A DNA stretch of 64,000 nucleotides from Anthoceros angustus (taxonomy: Eukaryota; Plantae; Anthocerotophyta). The position numbers and the translations under genes were made by a program. Within the stretch, counting starts at the first letter, position 1, and each line of letters begins with the position of its first letter. The notes beneath the pieces were generated by a model. That model saw only the letters and a program-made list of their open reading frames with translations. It was not told the DNA's origin and did no database searches. Below, piece after piece: positions 1 through 15,038 of the stretch. The DNA is taken from NCBI GenBank assembly GCA_010909165.1, contig MU008162.1, positions 558,001-622,000 of the forward strand. Direction: 5' to 3'.

Positions 1-129
1 GCGCTTGTAGCCCAAATCGAGCGTGACAAGTTCATCATGATCCAAGGCTTGGGTAGGGCGCTTGTAGCCCAAATCGAGCGTGACAAGTTCATCATGATCC
101 AAGGCTTGGGTAGGGCGCTTGTAGCCCAA
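1..129. repeat. 57-bp tandem repeat (2 full copies + partial; runs off the window edge)
   Basis: gcgcttgtagcccaaatcgagcgtgacaagttcatcatgatccaaggcttgggtagg at 1-57 and 58-114, partial at 115-129. Confidence 0.9.
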
Positions 130-1383
130 CGTGGGCACAAGGGAGCGTGCCAGTAGAAAAAGGGCACGAGGAGGCAATTCTCGCTCCACCTGAGTCGTGG
201 CCTTGTGCATTCTCTTGGACAAATTTTGAGCAATCTTGGCTCTTTCCTAATGCAATCTTGAGAGTTATTGTGATGCTGATTCACGAGGTAGTGCAAGGTG
301 TGGCACGATTTCCAAGCCACCAGCCTCTTGAATCTCTGATTTGTGAGGCCCAATTTCAATGGGCAGCAGTAGTGTGCTGCTCGCCCTCTTGTTTACTTCA
401 ACAGCCGGTGAGATTTGAGGAGGATTGAGCGGGAAGGAGGCAGCGGTGTAGCTACAGAAAAGATCCCTACAACCAACCAAAGACTCGATCTTTATTTCAT
501 TGTAATCTGACGCTGAGGATAGGAGCGTGGAGACTTTGATTTTGGAGAAGGGGCGCTGCAAGGCACTATAACCGGGCAATAGCTATTCTGCGGGATTGGG
601 GACTCCACGGCTGTCACAACCACTTTTAACCTTGAATCCTCCAGATCTGCAACGCACCTACAATGGGGTAGCCATCTTGGAGGAATCGCTGATTTTTCTC
701 AGTACGCTGATCTGGTTTCTGGATCTAATATCCTTCGCCGATACTGCATTTGCTGGACAACAGCTTCAATTTCTTGTGTCTTGGCATTGTGATTTTTTCC
801 TGTCAACATCAAGACACTACATCTTTATATTATCTTTGTAAACCACCTCATTTGCCGTTCCACATGAGGCGTATAATACACTTACTTGAACGTGATAGGA
901 AAGTTTCGGAGTATAATCCACTTACTTGAACGTGATAGGAAAGGCTCGGAAATCGCTTCGGCATCTACAGATGCTACTCTATCACTCGTCTAGGCCCTCT
1001 TAGCAAATTGTATCCCATACATTCGATGTGTAGCTCCGACCACTTAGCCTCATCAGCCATAACTGCAGCCACATGAGCTTCCCGCAGCCGACAGCACACG
1101 GCTAGCAGCGCCAACAATCAATAATCTTCACGCTTGCCGGCTGCGTCACATTCACACAAGGTTCACAAAGGTGGAAAAGCTATACAAGTTATCCTTGTCA
1201 ATTTTGCACTCGTTAAATGTTTTACAATACGGAGTGGAGATACCGAAATTGAATGTTCACTAGGTGTGAATGTGATGCCACAGTTGTGGCCTCGTAATGG
1301 TGGAATAACGTGAATACAGAAGAGTGGATATCGTAAATGAAGTGAGGTGGAACGCACGAAGACGAAGACGGGATGCCGGTGAG

Positions 1384-4300
1384 ATGAGGATTTGCTCGCT
1401 GCCTCTCCCGCATGCTTCCGCTTGCGTGCCATCTCCTTTCTCAGCTCCCAGACAGATTGGCGCTGACGGGAGCTGGAGCAGGAGCCCGCCGGCGAGTCTC
1501 GTCGGCAGTGGGTCACGGATTTGGAGTGCTGCCTGTCCCTGCTCATGGGGGTGCTTCGCCAGTGGTCCTCCGGGGCGGCAAAAGAGTGGGAGGAGGCGTA
1601 GGGATGCGAGCATTCTGAAAGGGAGGACATTCTGTGAATGCTGCAGGTCTTTGAAGCCGGGAGATGGAGGATTGCGGCTTGGAGCGTCGGAATTGGGGCT
1701 GGGCCTGCGATGCTGGTGCAGGGGAAGTGCGAGGGACAATGCGGAGCGTTCTGGGGAAGTGGCGGAGGCGGAGGTGGAGGGGGAGGAAGATGAGGTTGTG
1801 AGGAGGCAGGGCAGTTTGGTTCTGCCTACAGTGTCTTGGATTGGGGGTGTTGCCGGCCTGGTTCAGCTGTCGTGGCTGAGTTTTGTGGTGGAAATGCAGG
1901 GAGGGAGGTGGCAGGAACATGTGAGGGGTTTTGGCAGGGTTTTAGGATTCGGCCTTGCGGTGATGGTGATGAGCCTGTTTCCTCACAGGTTGTTGGCCGC
2001 GCGTGCCGTTGCTGCACCTGCGGCGGCTGTGGAGAGTGTGGGTGCGGAGGGGGATGTCGAGGAGGGCGGGAGATTGACCGAGGAGGATAGAGCCAGATTG
2101 GCTGAGGAAGCTCGGAGAAAGGCTTTGGAGAGGCAGCTGAAGCTTCTCTCCGAATTGCATTTGGATGTGAAATTGAAGGAGCTGGACGGGCTACTGGCGG
2201 AAGAAAATGTGGTGGTTGAGAAGAGAGACGAGGTTTTGAAGGGGATTGATGATTTGAGGGTGGCGGCTGGGGCAGAGATTCGGCGCTATCGAGGAGCCGT
2301 GATTAGGAAGACAGAAGCGGCGGTGAGCAGGCTCCTGGCTGAGCAAGTTGCTTTGCAGAAGGAGCTGGACAAGGCTGTCGCGGGTTATGCTGCGTTGAGG
2401 AAAGAGGTGGAGCGGTTAGCAGGACCTGAGAAGGTGGAGAGGGAGAGAGCTGTTAAGGATGCGGAAAGGAGATTGGAGGATTTGTGGAAGAAGAAGGTGG
2501 AGCTTGGGGCAAGGGCTTATAAGGAGAAGTTGGATGGCTTTCGGACTGCAGACAAGGACCTGCCTCGGGTACAGGAACGAGTAAATGAAAGTCTCGAAAG
2601 GTTCTGGCAAACCTGGAACGAGAACGTCAAAGCTAGGTGGGCTTTGTCTTAGAATGCAGGCTTATGTTTGATTAGGTTGGATGCCGAAAGACATAGTTGG
2701 ACGGAGTATGCTTGAAGGGTTGCGTTGTTGAATGAGTCTTGGGCTCCTAGTTCAGGTCGCATGCTGAAGAATGTTGGTAATGTTTGCGTGACGGTGCCTG
2801 CAATGACGTACTTATTCCAGTCTTGCACCTGTAGGGAAGCGAAGAAGGCTGAACAAGCGAAGGAACAGGAGCTGGTGGATAGTTTAGAGGCTGCAAATAA
2901 GCGATTGTTGGAACAGACTGTCCTACCTGTTGCGGTTGGTGTTGAGGATGTAGGGGATGAGGATGTGCCACTGGATCCGGAAGCGAAGGATCTCGTGCAT
3001 CAAATCAAAATGGAGGAAGACAAATCCGAAAAGCTTCAAGGTATCATGGACAAGATTGCTAAGAATGAGGCCGAGAACCGGGAAAATATTATGGAAGGCT
3101 TGTCACAAGATGAAATTGACTTTGTCATGAACCAGAAGGAAGATGGTGTAGCAGAGGATGAACTTCCTAGCATGTCCTTTGGTTGGAAAAAGTACCGGGA
3201 CAGGATACGGGAGGAATATAATCAGTTTTTGCAGGAGAATCCTGAGGTGTCTGAGCAGATTGCAGCAGAAAAGCAGGTACTCACCTGTAGCTAACTGACA
3301 GAAAGGATTTGGTTGCAAGTTTTGAAACGTTCCTACTAGAATTTTCCGGTTGGCACGGTGCTTTTTTGAGGCCACAATGTCCCTTCTGTTGCTGTCATGT
3401 ATGCCCCGGGTGCATGAAATTCCGGCCCTGCTGCTTGTTTTGCTATGGCTTCCCGTCGGTTGCTATACAAATCTTCTTGTTTTGAACAGGAGCGAATTCT
3501 GACTGCCAGAGACAGAGTCGTAGCAGAGACATACTACAATGAGAAACAAAAGAGATGGGAGATAAGCCCGTCAGCAGTTTCTTATTCCGTGACGAAAGGC
3601 CTGGCAGATAAAGCCCGCCTCCGGCAGGATCGCAAGGTGATGTATCTTACTTTGAAGGGGGACGATCGGGAGTATTATGTCGACCTTCAGGTGAACATTT
3701 ATCTGCTCACTTGCATTTGCATATGTTGCAGGCTTGCAAGCTATGTTGCTGAACTTGCACACTTTTGTGGAAGGCTTTTGAGGCAGAGTACCACATGTAC
3801 GGAGGTTTCGAGAAGTTGTATGTGAGGATGGTCTCCGCAGGAGTTAAGGTTAAGGTCGAGCTCATGTGGATCCCATTTGCCGACTGGGATGCTAGGGAAT
3901 TGTTTCAGCTCCCCTTTAAGATGATTTGGTGGACGCTTCAAGACGTGTGGAATTCACGTCTCGTGTCTGTAGTACGACCCTTCTATTGGAAGACATTGTC
4001 TGAAGCCTTTGAGGAAATTATGATCAGATTTGGCTTTCCTCTGATTCACGCTGTTCTGCCCCCCAAGGTGAGTGTCCACGTCCATCCTGTGTTTGTCTGC
4101 GCATATTCTGAATTATTTTGCCTTTCAGGTGCTTGTGCGTTGCTGGTTTGTTTCGGGCTTGTGCCTGGCTGCTTCTCTTCTTTCTCTTGTTGAGATGCCT
4201 TTTGTTTCTTTTGTTGAACATCAGGTAGTCGTCTGAATCCTTGTTTTCAGGCACGCGTGGCATTGCGGTTCGAGCTTCCAGAAGGTGCTGAAGCTGCAGA

Positions 4301-7300
4301 GCCCACAGAAATAATTGCCTGGCAGCAAGAAGCTCAGAAAAAGGTGGATGCCAGGTATGGAGAGGGCACGGGCTCTCCCCAGTGGTGGATATCACTCCCC
4401 CTGCGAGCATATGCAGTTGGGGCTCCGCTCTACTATCTTGCAAAGTATGCTGGTCCAATCCTTCTCTACCCATTTAAGCCAAAACCACTCGACCCAAATG
4501 AAGTTGAATACAAACAGAACAAGCAGGTAGGGACTGATTTTATCAGTTGTGGGGTCGTAGTCTTTGTTAGTTCAAAAGACCCTCTTGAAGTAACTAGGAT
4601 TCTGTTTTTGCAGAAGAAGCTGCTGAAAGATTTGGACAAGCAAACCAAAAAGGAGAAAAAGGACCCGATTAGGAGTGTCTTTGACAAAATGAAGGTACCA
4701 ACCATTGGGTTTATTTTTTCCAGGGAAATAGAACATGGTTGTGGGCACGTAGTTCAGATAGGATCATCTTGCGTAGCATCTGTTGTACAGGGGACTTCAG
4801 AAGAGTTGTTTTCACAAGAATACTCAACTCCTTCAGTGCGGTTCCCTTTCAGAGAGTGAAAAGGCCTCAAGTCAGCTTGAAAGATTTTGCTGGGATTGAT
4901 GCTGTGAAAGAAGAGATAAATGAAGTCGTGACGTTCTTGCGGAACCCAAAGCTTTTCAAGGAAATGGGAGCCCGGCCACCTCGAGTATGTTGCTAAGATA
5001 GCCTGCTGTACACCTCCTTAGTCATCCCATCATAAAGCAGACATTTCTGCATCTTGGAGATGATCTCGTTGTTGCACACGGTTGTGGCTAATCCTATGAC
5101 TGCATATTGTTGTGTGCAACAGGGCATATTAATTGTAGGAGACTCAGGTACAGGAAAAACCACACTTGCACTAGCTATTGCAGCAGAGGCAAGAGTTCCT
5201 ATGGTAGAGCTACAGGGAGCTGAGCTAGAAGGAGGATCATGGGTTGGCCAGGGAGCTTCGAATGTGCGAGAGCTTTTCAAAACTGCACGGGAACTGGTAT
5301 GCTTCAAACCAATTTCCCAAATTCAGCTACAAGGGCTGAGTTTAGAGAAACGTCTAATTTACCTTGTCATGCAAATTCAGGCTCCCCTTATTATCTTTAT
5401 GGATGATTTTGATCACTTTGCTGGAGTTCGTGGAGCGACGGCAGACACAAGAAAGCAGGATCACGAATCATTGATCAATCAGTTGCTAGTTGAACTTGAT
5501 GGGTACAGTGGGTTACCCTTGGAACTAGTGACTGTTTACTAGCCTTATATGTGGGATGATGTAGGTCTTGGAATAGATACAATTAAGCTCTGAGCTTGAG
5601 TTGCAGCACCAAGCGTATTATGGTAAACTTCATGCATAATATACTGAGAGTAAGGTTGCATGTCAGGTTTGAGACACAGGAAGGAGTGGTGCTTATTGCA
5701 ACTACAAGCAGACCATGGGCTATTGATGAGGCCCTACGCAGGCCAGGTCGTATGGACCGCACAATTAATTTGCCAATGCCAAATAGAAGGGAGAGAGAAC
5801 AAATTTTGCGGAAGGTGGCTCAAGACTCAATGGATGCTCATCTCATTCCTCTTGTAGATTGGAAAACGGTAAGACGTGTGTGAATAAGTTCGGCGGCCCT
5901 GTTTGAGACTTGAGTTAAATAAAGCAGAAGAAAGTAATCTTGGTTCATGGCTCTTGTCTTTTCTGTTACAGGTAGCTGAGAAAACGGCTGGGTTAACACC
6001 AGCTCAATTGAAAACTGTCCCTCAAGGCCTCGAAGGCAGTGCAGTATCATGCAAAATCAGTGATGATGAGGAGCTTTTCAGCTGGTTTGGCTGGCTTGCA
6101 GTACGATCCTGTGAACTACTACTTCTGCTCTGTGAATTGTTGAATCTGAAAAGCACTGCACCTGGTCTTCTGTAGAATTCTGCACTCTCTTATCAGTTCT
6201 TCCATCTAGGGTTGTTGAAAGTTCACCCATTTGTTGCAGACCTTCAACAGCATAACCCCACGATGGGTGAAAAGTACTTGGATATACAAGGGGCTGAATG
6301 AAAGATTACTCGATTGGCTGGATCTTCGAGTGACAAAAGCAGAGATTGAAGCAGCAGTTGACGTGATGGATGTGGCAAGCCAAGCAAACGTTGGGCTGGA
6401 GCTTAGGGAGCCTCCATATGTGGTCAGTTTTCAAATGCATGACTTGACCATCTCACCATCTTGCCATTTGCAATTTGTTACTTTGACATCCATTGTTTCT
6501 TTCCTCAGTGGACACGTGAATTCAAGTATCCACATGCTGTGTGGGCTGCTGGCCGAGGTTTAATTGCTCTTCTGCTCCCCAATTTCGACGTTGTGGATCA
6601 AATATGGCTCGATCCGACCTCCTGGGAGGTGAGTTACTGTTCTGATAGTTATTGGTCTCCTCGATTTGCCTCACAGAGGCCTTTTGTAGGATGCTACACT
6701 AATAAGAACGCATGTCATTCCATTCAAACACAGGGAGTAGGATTCACGAAGTTGACTAAAAGACTGGAGGGAGGTTATCAAGAAACAGGAATAATGACAC
6801 GATCCTACTACGAGAAAAAGCTGGTGCTGTGCTTTGGTTCGTTCATTTCCGCCCGTCTGTTCATCAAACCTGGAGATAACAACAACCTGTCGAGATTTGA
6901 GATTCAAGATGCTGTGGAGGTGGGTTCTCTCCCATGTACGGTTTTCTCATTGAACGCATTCCATGTCTGTGTATGTATAATAGGTCCATGCTGCTGGGAA
7001 GTCCTCTTCCTTGGTTGTGCCGCTTCTTGCTAGTGGTGTCCAACATCATTACTCACATTTTGACATTTTAAGTTCATTCCAACAGATTGCTACACGCATG
7101 GTTTTGGAACATGGCTGGGCTCCTGATGACAGCCCCGCAATCTACATGCCTGACGAAGCGGTGAGGACATGCTGCCTGAGCGCGTCATGCAAATGGCAAA
7201 TGCTGCTTATGCATGGACGTCTATGCCGGTTTCCTTTTTCTTGTTGCCACGTTATCCTTCACCACTAGAGGCTGACCTCTCCCTCTCCGCAATCTAGCTT

Positions 7301-7889
7301 GGAACTCTGCCTATGGGTGAAGGACACGAATTTGAGCTTGAAGACAAAATCGAGAAGGTACATACATGCTTGTGCTGCTTCCATGTCTTCAAGCTACGCT
7401 GTCACGCAATCTCACCAAACTTAGAATCTCTGATTTTGGTGACTTCTGTGCAGTTGTTCTACGCCGCTTGTGATAGGGCGACGAAGATGATGCTGAAAAA
7501 CCGGAAAGTATTGGATGCGCTACTTGAGCATCTCCTCCAATTCGACATCGCGACGAAGAAGGTAAGCAGACATTCAAACACCCTGTTCTCAACCTTGAAC
7601 TGACACAGCTTCAGCACATGTCAACAAGCTTCCTATCCTTGAGCAGGATCTGAAGAAAATACTTGAAGACAATGAAGCAGTGTTCGAAGAGGAACCTTTC
7701 ACACTTGTAGAATACACTCGAAGTGAGGTGATCGCCACTGCCCATCTCCCTCCAGAGGATGCATCTGAGCTCGTTAATTACTAATTTAACGTAAACTAAT
7801 CGTGTTTTTGTTGTCATTTGCAGACAACTGCTCTCCCTACCAATGGCACCAGTAGATCCCGGCTATTATCAGCAGGACCTGTCGCTTGA
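1384..7889 (+). CDS. FTSHI5: Plastid FtsH-inactive AAA ATPase FtsHi5 (multi-exon; Ycf2-FtsHi import-motor component)
   Basis: Exon ORFs give RVKRPQVSLKDFAGIDAVKEEINEVVTFLRNP, Walker A GDSGTGKT, Walker B IIFMDDFD, DHESLINQLLVELDG, DEALRRPGRMDR, WTREFKYPHAVWAAGRGLIALLLPNFDVVD (no HExxH), YYEKKLVLCFGS and IATRMVLEHGWAPDDSPAIY. Long N-terminal transit/coiled-coil region. In-frame ATG at 1384; last exon inferred as 7824-7889. Confidence 0.9.
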
Positions 7890-8331
7890 GGCTGCTCCTA
7901 GTACCCAGCACAGCTATCTCTTCCTTCAACTTCCGGCCATTGAATTTTGAGACCATCAATTTTGGCTTCCGCCGTTGTTGAGCTCCCTTTAGAGTGATCT
8001 TCCCACAATCAGCGCACTCCGCTTAAAATGCGCAAGCGTCCGTCGTTGGCCGGTCACCGGCATCACCAAGGCCAGGAAAGTGAAACCCCACTCACCGCAA
8101 CTCCAATGACAGAGGCCCCCGGCCCTCCATCGCTTCGAATGGACTGGAGTGTACAGACGTCAAGCCCCAGCGGCATCTCGAGGGGCCTGAAACGGGCTGA
8201 AGAGCCGTTGTTCCTGACACGATCGGCTAAAAATGGAGGACGAAATTTTGCTGCGCTTGATGCAGTCTGAGCGGCTGCTTCCTGGGATGATGGTGAAGAA
8301 AAGTGGCTGATGCTCCGGTGAAGGGAGGAGA

Positions 8332-11039
8332 ATGGAGGCGCATGTCCTGCAGCTGATTCTGTGTGTAGCCTGGTTGACGGGGCTGCTGCTCCTGGGAGTA
8401 TCCCTGCAAGCCACAAGGATGCTGAACGAGCCCCGGCCAAGCGGCGGGCAGGAAGACAGGAGCCTGAGGCTCACTGTGTACACTGCTCCCCTGCCTTTTG
8501 AAGGATTACAAGGACTGCGGCAGAGTGTGGCCATCAATTCATGGCTCAAGCTCTCCCCGTGCCCGCAGGTTGTGTTGCTTGGCCAGCATCCCTCCCTCCA
8601 CTCTTTTGCCAACACGGCGGGCCCCAATGTGACGGTGGACAGTGAAATTGATTTCACGTAGGTGATCCTCTTGAGATGGAGTGATTTCTGCATTTCGTTA
8701 GAAGGAAGCTGGAGAATCTTGGTCCGGGATCTCGTTTTCTGGCTTGATTTGCGCATGGATTTGCTGTAGATTGGAGTGTGGTTGAGGTGGTTATTAATGT
8801 TGTTCGTCTTCGTTGTGCAGATTCTTAGGTTCCCCGTTGTTCCACAGCATGGTAGGGAGGGCACGGGCCTCACACGGGGATGTGGCTATCCTGGTGGATG
8901 CTGAGTTGGTGCTGTTGCAGGATGTTATAGAAGCTGTGGACAGTATGCAAAAGCTTAAGCGAGACTGGCTTTTGGTGTCCATGTCCCGTTCCGTTCCCAG
9001 CTTTCCTTTCTTCCTGAGGTCTCGTAAAGACGTGTGGAGAACTGAAGACGGAGGATTCGTTGAACCTGAAGAGGTGGAAATTCTGGCCCTTTTCTCTTCT
9101 GTTCTGGAGTGGTGGGGGTTTTGTTGCGAGTTTTTGCGGGTGAGATATCGTGTGCAGACCGCAGCATACTGACGGGTTCGTTTGTGCAGATAGCAGGGCA
9201 TGTAACAGAGACTGGTCTCTGGGACGAGTGCGAAGGCAATCGTCTGTGGGTGTGGAATGTGGGAGCGGTTCCACTTCATGCAGGAGTTATGCCGCCCTTT
9301 GTATACAGGCAAGGGCAGCATAATCAATGGCTCTTGAACGAGGTTTTATCATCTGGTTTCAGGACAGTGGTTGACGGGAGTGAAGCAGTTTCCGTGATCA
9401 ATCCTCTGCAAATGTCAAATGATACGGAGGCTTGGCGGAAAGCAGATGGACGTAGGCAGCTTTTGGACGAAAGGCCATGGGAATTCCAAAGCAACTCTCA
9501 GTTTTCTTCTTTGTATGGCTCCTTTCTGTTCAAAAGAGCCAACTTTTCAAACATTCAGGTGAAACTGGTTCGATGTGCTGGAAGTTTGTGTTTCCTAAAA
9601 GCATCCGAGAAGCCTCCTCCTTGTATATCGAACCGAGGGAGGACTATGATGGAAGGCCACAACTCTGGAAGATCTTCGCTTATGCGGCTATCTCTACCGA
9701 CCATCTCGTCTTCCACTCTGAAGATGGCTCATAGGAGACAGCTTCTGCTCGAGGAACACCACAACAGTTTCGGAGGTCAACTATGGATACACGACATATA
9801 TAGGAGGGGTTCAGGGTTTTGGGATAAGTTTACGGGTAGTATGTTTTATGAAAGACAGACATGGCAGCAAGGACCAGGGAGTGTATGCAATACGATCCCC
9901 AAAGATCGTAGGGTTGAATGTGCTGCCTCTGACATAGAAAAGTATCCCGGCCTCAAGTCCAGCTTGTCCATGCCCTTTAAGTTAGATTCGCTTGCTGAAA
10001 TTGTTTGCAGCGAGGACAAGGTAGTGGTACTCGCAGTGGTGGGAAACAGCTACAGGGATATGCTAATGAGCTGGGTTTGCAGGCTTAGAATTCTAGGGAT
10101 CTCAAATTTTCTCATATCCGCACTGGATGAGGATCTGTACCAGTTCGCAGTTCAACAGGTAAATGTCTCGACAGTGGATGGGCTCATTGAGTTTAGAACC
10201 TTAGAGCCATGTGCTTCCTTCCAGACGCTCATCTTGGTCTCTGTTTCTTGTCTGCAGGGTTTGCCGGTTTTTAAGGATGCACACACAATGAATGTCAGCA
10301 GGAACGACTGTCATTTCGGATCAAAATGTTTTCAGAAGGTGACCAAAGTGAAGTCACGGACAGTGTTGAAGCTATTACGACTAGGCTATCATGTGCTCTT
10401 CAGCGATGTGGATGTGTACTGGTTTGAGAACCCCCTACAAAGGTTAATGCAATACGGTCCAGGCAATCTTGCTGCACAAACAGATCAGTACAACTCCTCC
10501 TGTAAGCAACGAGCAGCCTGCTGGATGTTGAACCTTCCATCTGATTACTTTCCTCACGCTACCACAACTGAGCAAATGTTTGACTCTGTCCAGTTCCTGA
10601 CAATGAACCGCGGCGGCTGAACTCTGGGTTCTACTTCGCATGGTCCGACAACGAGACCATCGCCGCCTTCGAATTGATAGTGAAGCATGCGGCCAAGTCC
10701 TCTATGTCAGAGCAGCCGAGCTTCTACGACGTGCTTTGCGGAGCTGAGGGGAAGTATCGAGTGGGTAACATCAAGTGCCGGGAGCCCAAAACCGGGCTCA
10801 CTGTACATTTCCTCAAGAAGGACGATTTCCCCAACGGCGCCTACGCTGGCCTATGGGAGAAGGAAGATGTGAAGAAGGAATGCAGGAAACGTGGGTGCCT
10901 GGTTCTGCACAACAACTGGATCAACGGGAGACTGAATAAAGTCCAAAGGCAGATCGAAAAGGGTCTGTGGCAATACGACGTCAGCAGCCGAATGTGCCTC
11001 AGAAGCTGGCAGGGACCCAACTCCGTGCATGCGTACTGA
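8332..11039 (+). CDS. RAY1: GT77 nucleotide-diphospho-sugar transferase, beta-arabinofuranosyltransferase RAY1-like (multi-exon)
   Basis: N-terminal TM anchor; AINSWLKLSP..VDSEIDFT|FLGSPLFHSM; LWVWN..PLHAGVMPPFVY; YRDMLMSWVCRLR; DCHFGSKCFQKVTKVKSRTVL; LFSDVDVYWF (DxD); SEQPSFYDVLCG; LHNNWINGR. Confidence 0.85.
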
Positions 11040-11392
11040 CACTTGACTTCCACATGCAGGTGTAGACTATGTCCCCTTGTAGCATACCATTAGGCAGGTT
11101 CAGCAACCTCGAAGCACAGACAATAGGAGCTTGGAGGCAGCTGCAGGTACCAGCAGATCTCAGCAGGTATGTAGGTAGCGAGAAGATGTATTCCGTAAGC
11201 GAAGCAATGAATCTCCGCGCCCAGGGCTGGCCCACGGCGCACTGTGGATAAGGTGGCATCCGACAGCGACAATGCTGACACTGCCGGCGTCCAAGGCGCT
11301 GCGCATGTACTTCGGTATCTACATTCCACAGCCCCTTCTCTTACATTGTTGCCCGCGGTCACTCTGCGCGGGAGTTGTGATGCGCGCGCCAG

Positions 11393-12082
11393 ATGACTAT
11401 AGTGAACCTGTACAAGAGATACAAGCGATGGAACCCGGTGCACCCCACCTGCGGGGCCTTCTGGGGGATCGGGGTAGGCTTGGGATGCGGCGTCGGCTGG
11501 GGGCCAGGGTTCGGCCCGGAGGTGATCGGCTACACTGGAGCGGGCTGCGGCGCGGGCTTCAGCGTGGGCGTCACCCTGGTGGGCTGCGGGGTGGGGCTGC
11601 CAGCCAGCGGCCTCACCTGCCTGCCCTGCGACGCCATGGTGTTCGCCTCCGGCTGCCTGTTTGATGTGACCAAGGCGCGGGTGCTGCCGGCCATGCTGGT
11701 GGCGGCCCGGCAGGGCTGGCAGTCGCTCACCCACCAGGCGGCGTCGTTGGAGGAGCGGCTGCGCCAGGAGCACGCGCACCTCCTCACCAACGTCAGGTTC
11801 CCGCCCGCCAAGATCCCCTTCCTCCACCTCTGGCTGCGCCGACACCACTCCTGCAAGCCCGGGGTCCTGCTGCGAGGTGGAGGAGAGAAAACGACGGCGA
11901 CATCGGCAGCGGATCAGGAGCAAGAACAAGAACTAAAGCAGGCCATGGCGGAAGCGCACCACTTCCCACTTCCAAGCTCCACTTCTTGCCCCTGCTCCGC
12001 TCTCTTCTCCTCCTCCCCTCCCCGCTCCCCTCAGGATGCGGCAGATGCCACTACCCAGACTCCTCCATCTCACCTTCCCTAA
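11393..12082 (+). CDS. Gly-rich cadmium-induced protein AS8-like
   Basis: MTIVNLYKRYKRWNPVHPTCGAFWGIGVGLGCGVGWGPGFGPEVIGYTGAGCGAGFSVGVTL matches the AS8 family N-terminus as I recall it. The C-terminal end is less certain. Confidence 0.8.
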   Translation: MTIVNLYKRYKRWNPVHPTCGAFWGIGVGLGCGVGWGPGFGPEVIGYTGAGCGAGFSVGVTLVGCGVGLPASGLTCLPCDAMVFASGCLFDVTKARVLPAMLVAARQGWQSLTHQAASLEERLRQEHAHLLTNVRFPPAKIPFLHLWLRRHHSCKPGVLLRGGGEKTTATSAADQEQEQELKQAMAEAHHFPLPSSTSCPCSALFSSSPPRSPQDAADATTQTPPSHLP

Positions 12083-12643
12083 TCCTAATGCTCATCTTCA
12101 GCTGCTTTCTCCACCTCCAAAGCTTCCCACGTTTTCACCTTCACGTGAAATCAGGTCAGCACCACAGTCACATCCCCTTCTTGTGGACACCCCTTGCAGC
12201 CATCGCTTGGATCTGAGACTTCCTGCTGCAGCCGTTAATCTGAGGGACGAATCCGCGGAGCACTCCGACACTAGACATCTCCGACGTTGGGGACAGCTAG
12301 CTTGTAAATCTCATTAGGAAATCTCAGTACATAGTTAGAGACAGGCACATTCGTAGCCAGAAGCCTACTTATACGGACTTGATTGTATGAAATATGCCTT
12401 TCAACAGAATCGAAAGCTACTCAAGTGCAGCCTGGCTTGACACTTTGCACTCCTCCGACTGCCCTCAAGTTGGGCCTCCCCGCAGATCGACTCGCCTAAA
12501 ATCTGTGTTTATCTAGGTTCACACAACCCGTGGAAGAAACAAAGCCACTTTGGCCTTCGGAACGAAAAAACGTCCGATCCAATGACAAAATTGATATCAC
12601 AACTGTGTTACCGCCAGAGAGCAACTGCCGAGTGGCTGGCCAC

Positions 12644-13459
<816 letters not shown>

Positions 13460-13687
13460 GGCTCCCGCAAGACCGCTTCAATAGCCAGGCGCCGTTGAAA
13501 GAGGACTACTGAAACCCTAAACTTCTTTATATCGCCTTTCTGGACTTGTTAGGGCATTCTTCTATATGTGCAATATACAGACCTACCCTCAATCAGTATA
13601 TTAGGGCTTGCCAGGGTCTTCACTGTCTCTCGCCGCCTTTCTCCCTCTCTCGCTCTTCGCGCGTAGTTTGTGTATTCGCTTGCCATC
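13460..13687. promoter_or_regulatory. Short bidirectional promoter between RPL11 and RPS21 with telo-box
   Basis: Only 228 bp separate the divergent ATGs. AAACCCTAA at 13512-13520, TTAGGG motifs near 13549 and 13601, TATA-like tctatat near 13561. Confidence 0.7.
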
Positions 13688-14271
<584 letters not shown>

Positions 14272-15038
14272 GGGTCTCAGGCTAGGCTAGGAAGTTATGG
14301 GCTAGCTGGGATGTAATCGGCTGGCTGGAGTTGAGGGAAATGCAAAAGCGTATTGCATCCCCGACTAGCGGGTTGTAAGGATGCTGCTTGTATTTTGATT
14401 TTCGTATTCATCCTAAAATCTGTTTTCGCGGAAGAATTGTATTTATTCTTCTCAAGTTAAATCATAGATCGATAGTTCAATGATTTGTTTGCAACGTTGT
14501 GATTGCACGACTACGTGTCACTCAGAATTGACAAGAATTGTTGGAGTGAAAGAATGCAGACCTGAGAAGACCAAATGTTGGTATCCGTCACTGTCAAAAG
14601 CACCGCCCATTGAATACAAGGTATTTCTTGAGATCACATCTTAGATGACCACAAGCAATGTGGAAGACGGTGGAAGGATGGAACCCTCGCTGGAAGGGTG
14701 CCACTAGTAACTTGGTTCTGGGATACCTCACTTAAAAGGTGCCACTGGTAACTTGATGCTTCCGATTCATCCAAAAATCTAGTCCGTCGGAAATTGAATG
14801 TTTATCTGGACATGTGTGTCGAAGACTCTGATCTGCTTGCCACATGCCGGCTGGAAAGACCGAGTGCACACATGATTACGTGCAACTTTGGGCTTGATGT
14901 ATCTCCTCGATACAAGTCACAAAAAATCGGTGGATTGAAAGAATATATGTCCACTTGGCGTGAACAGGGAAAATATTGGATTTGCCACTGTAAAGAGAGG
15001 GCCAGCCACCAAAGAGCAATCATCCCTGAGGTCTCTTC

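Noticed and set aside
147-850. Short ORFs at the window start
   Set aside because: No recognisable motifs; cannot support a call.
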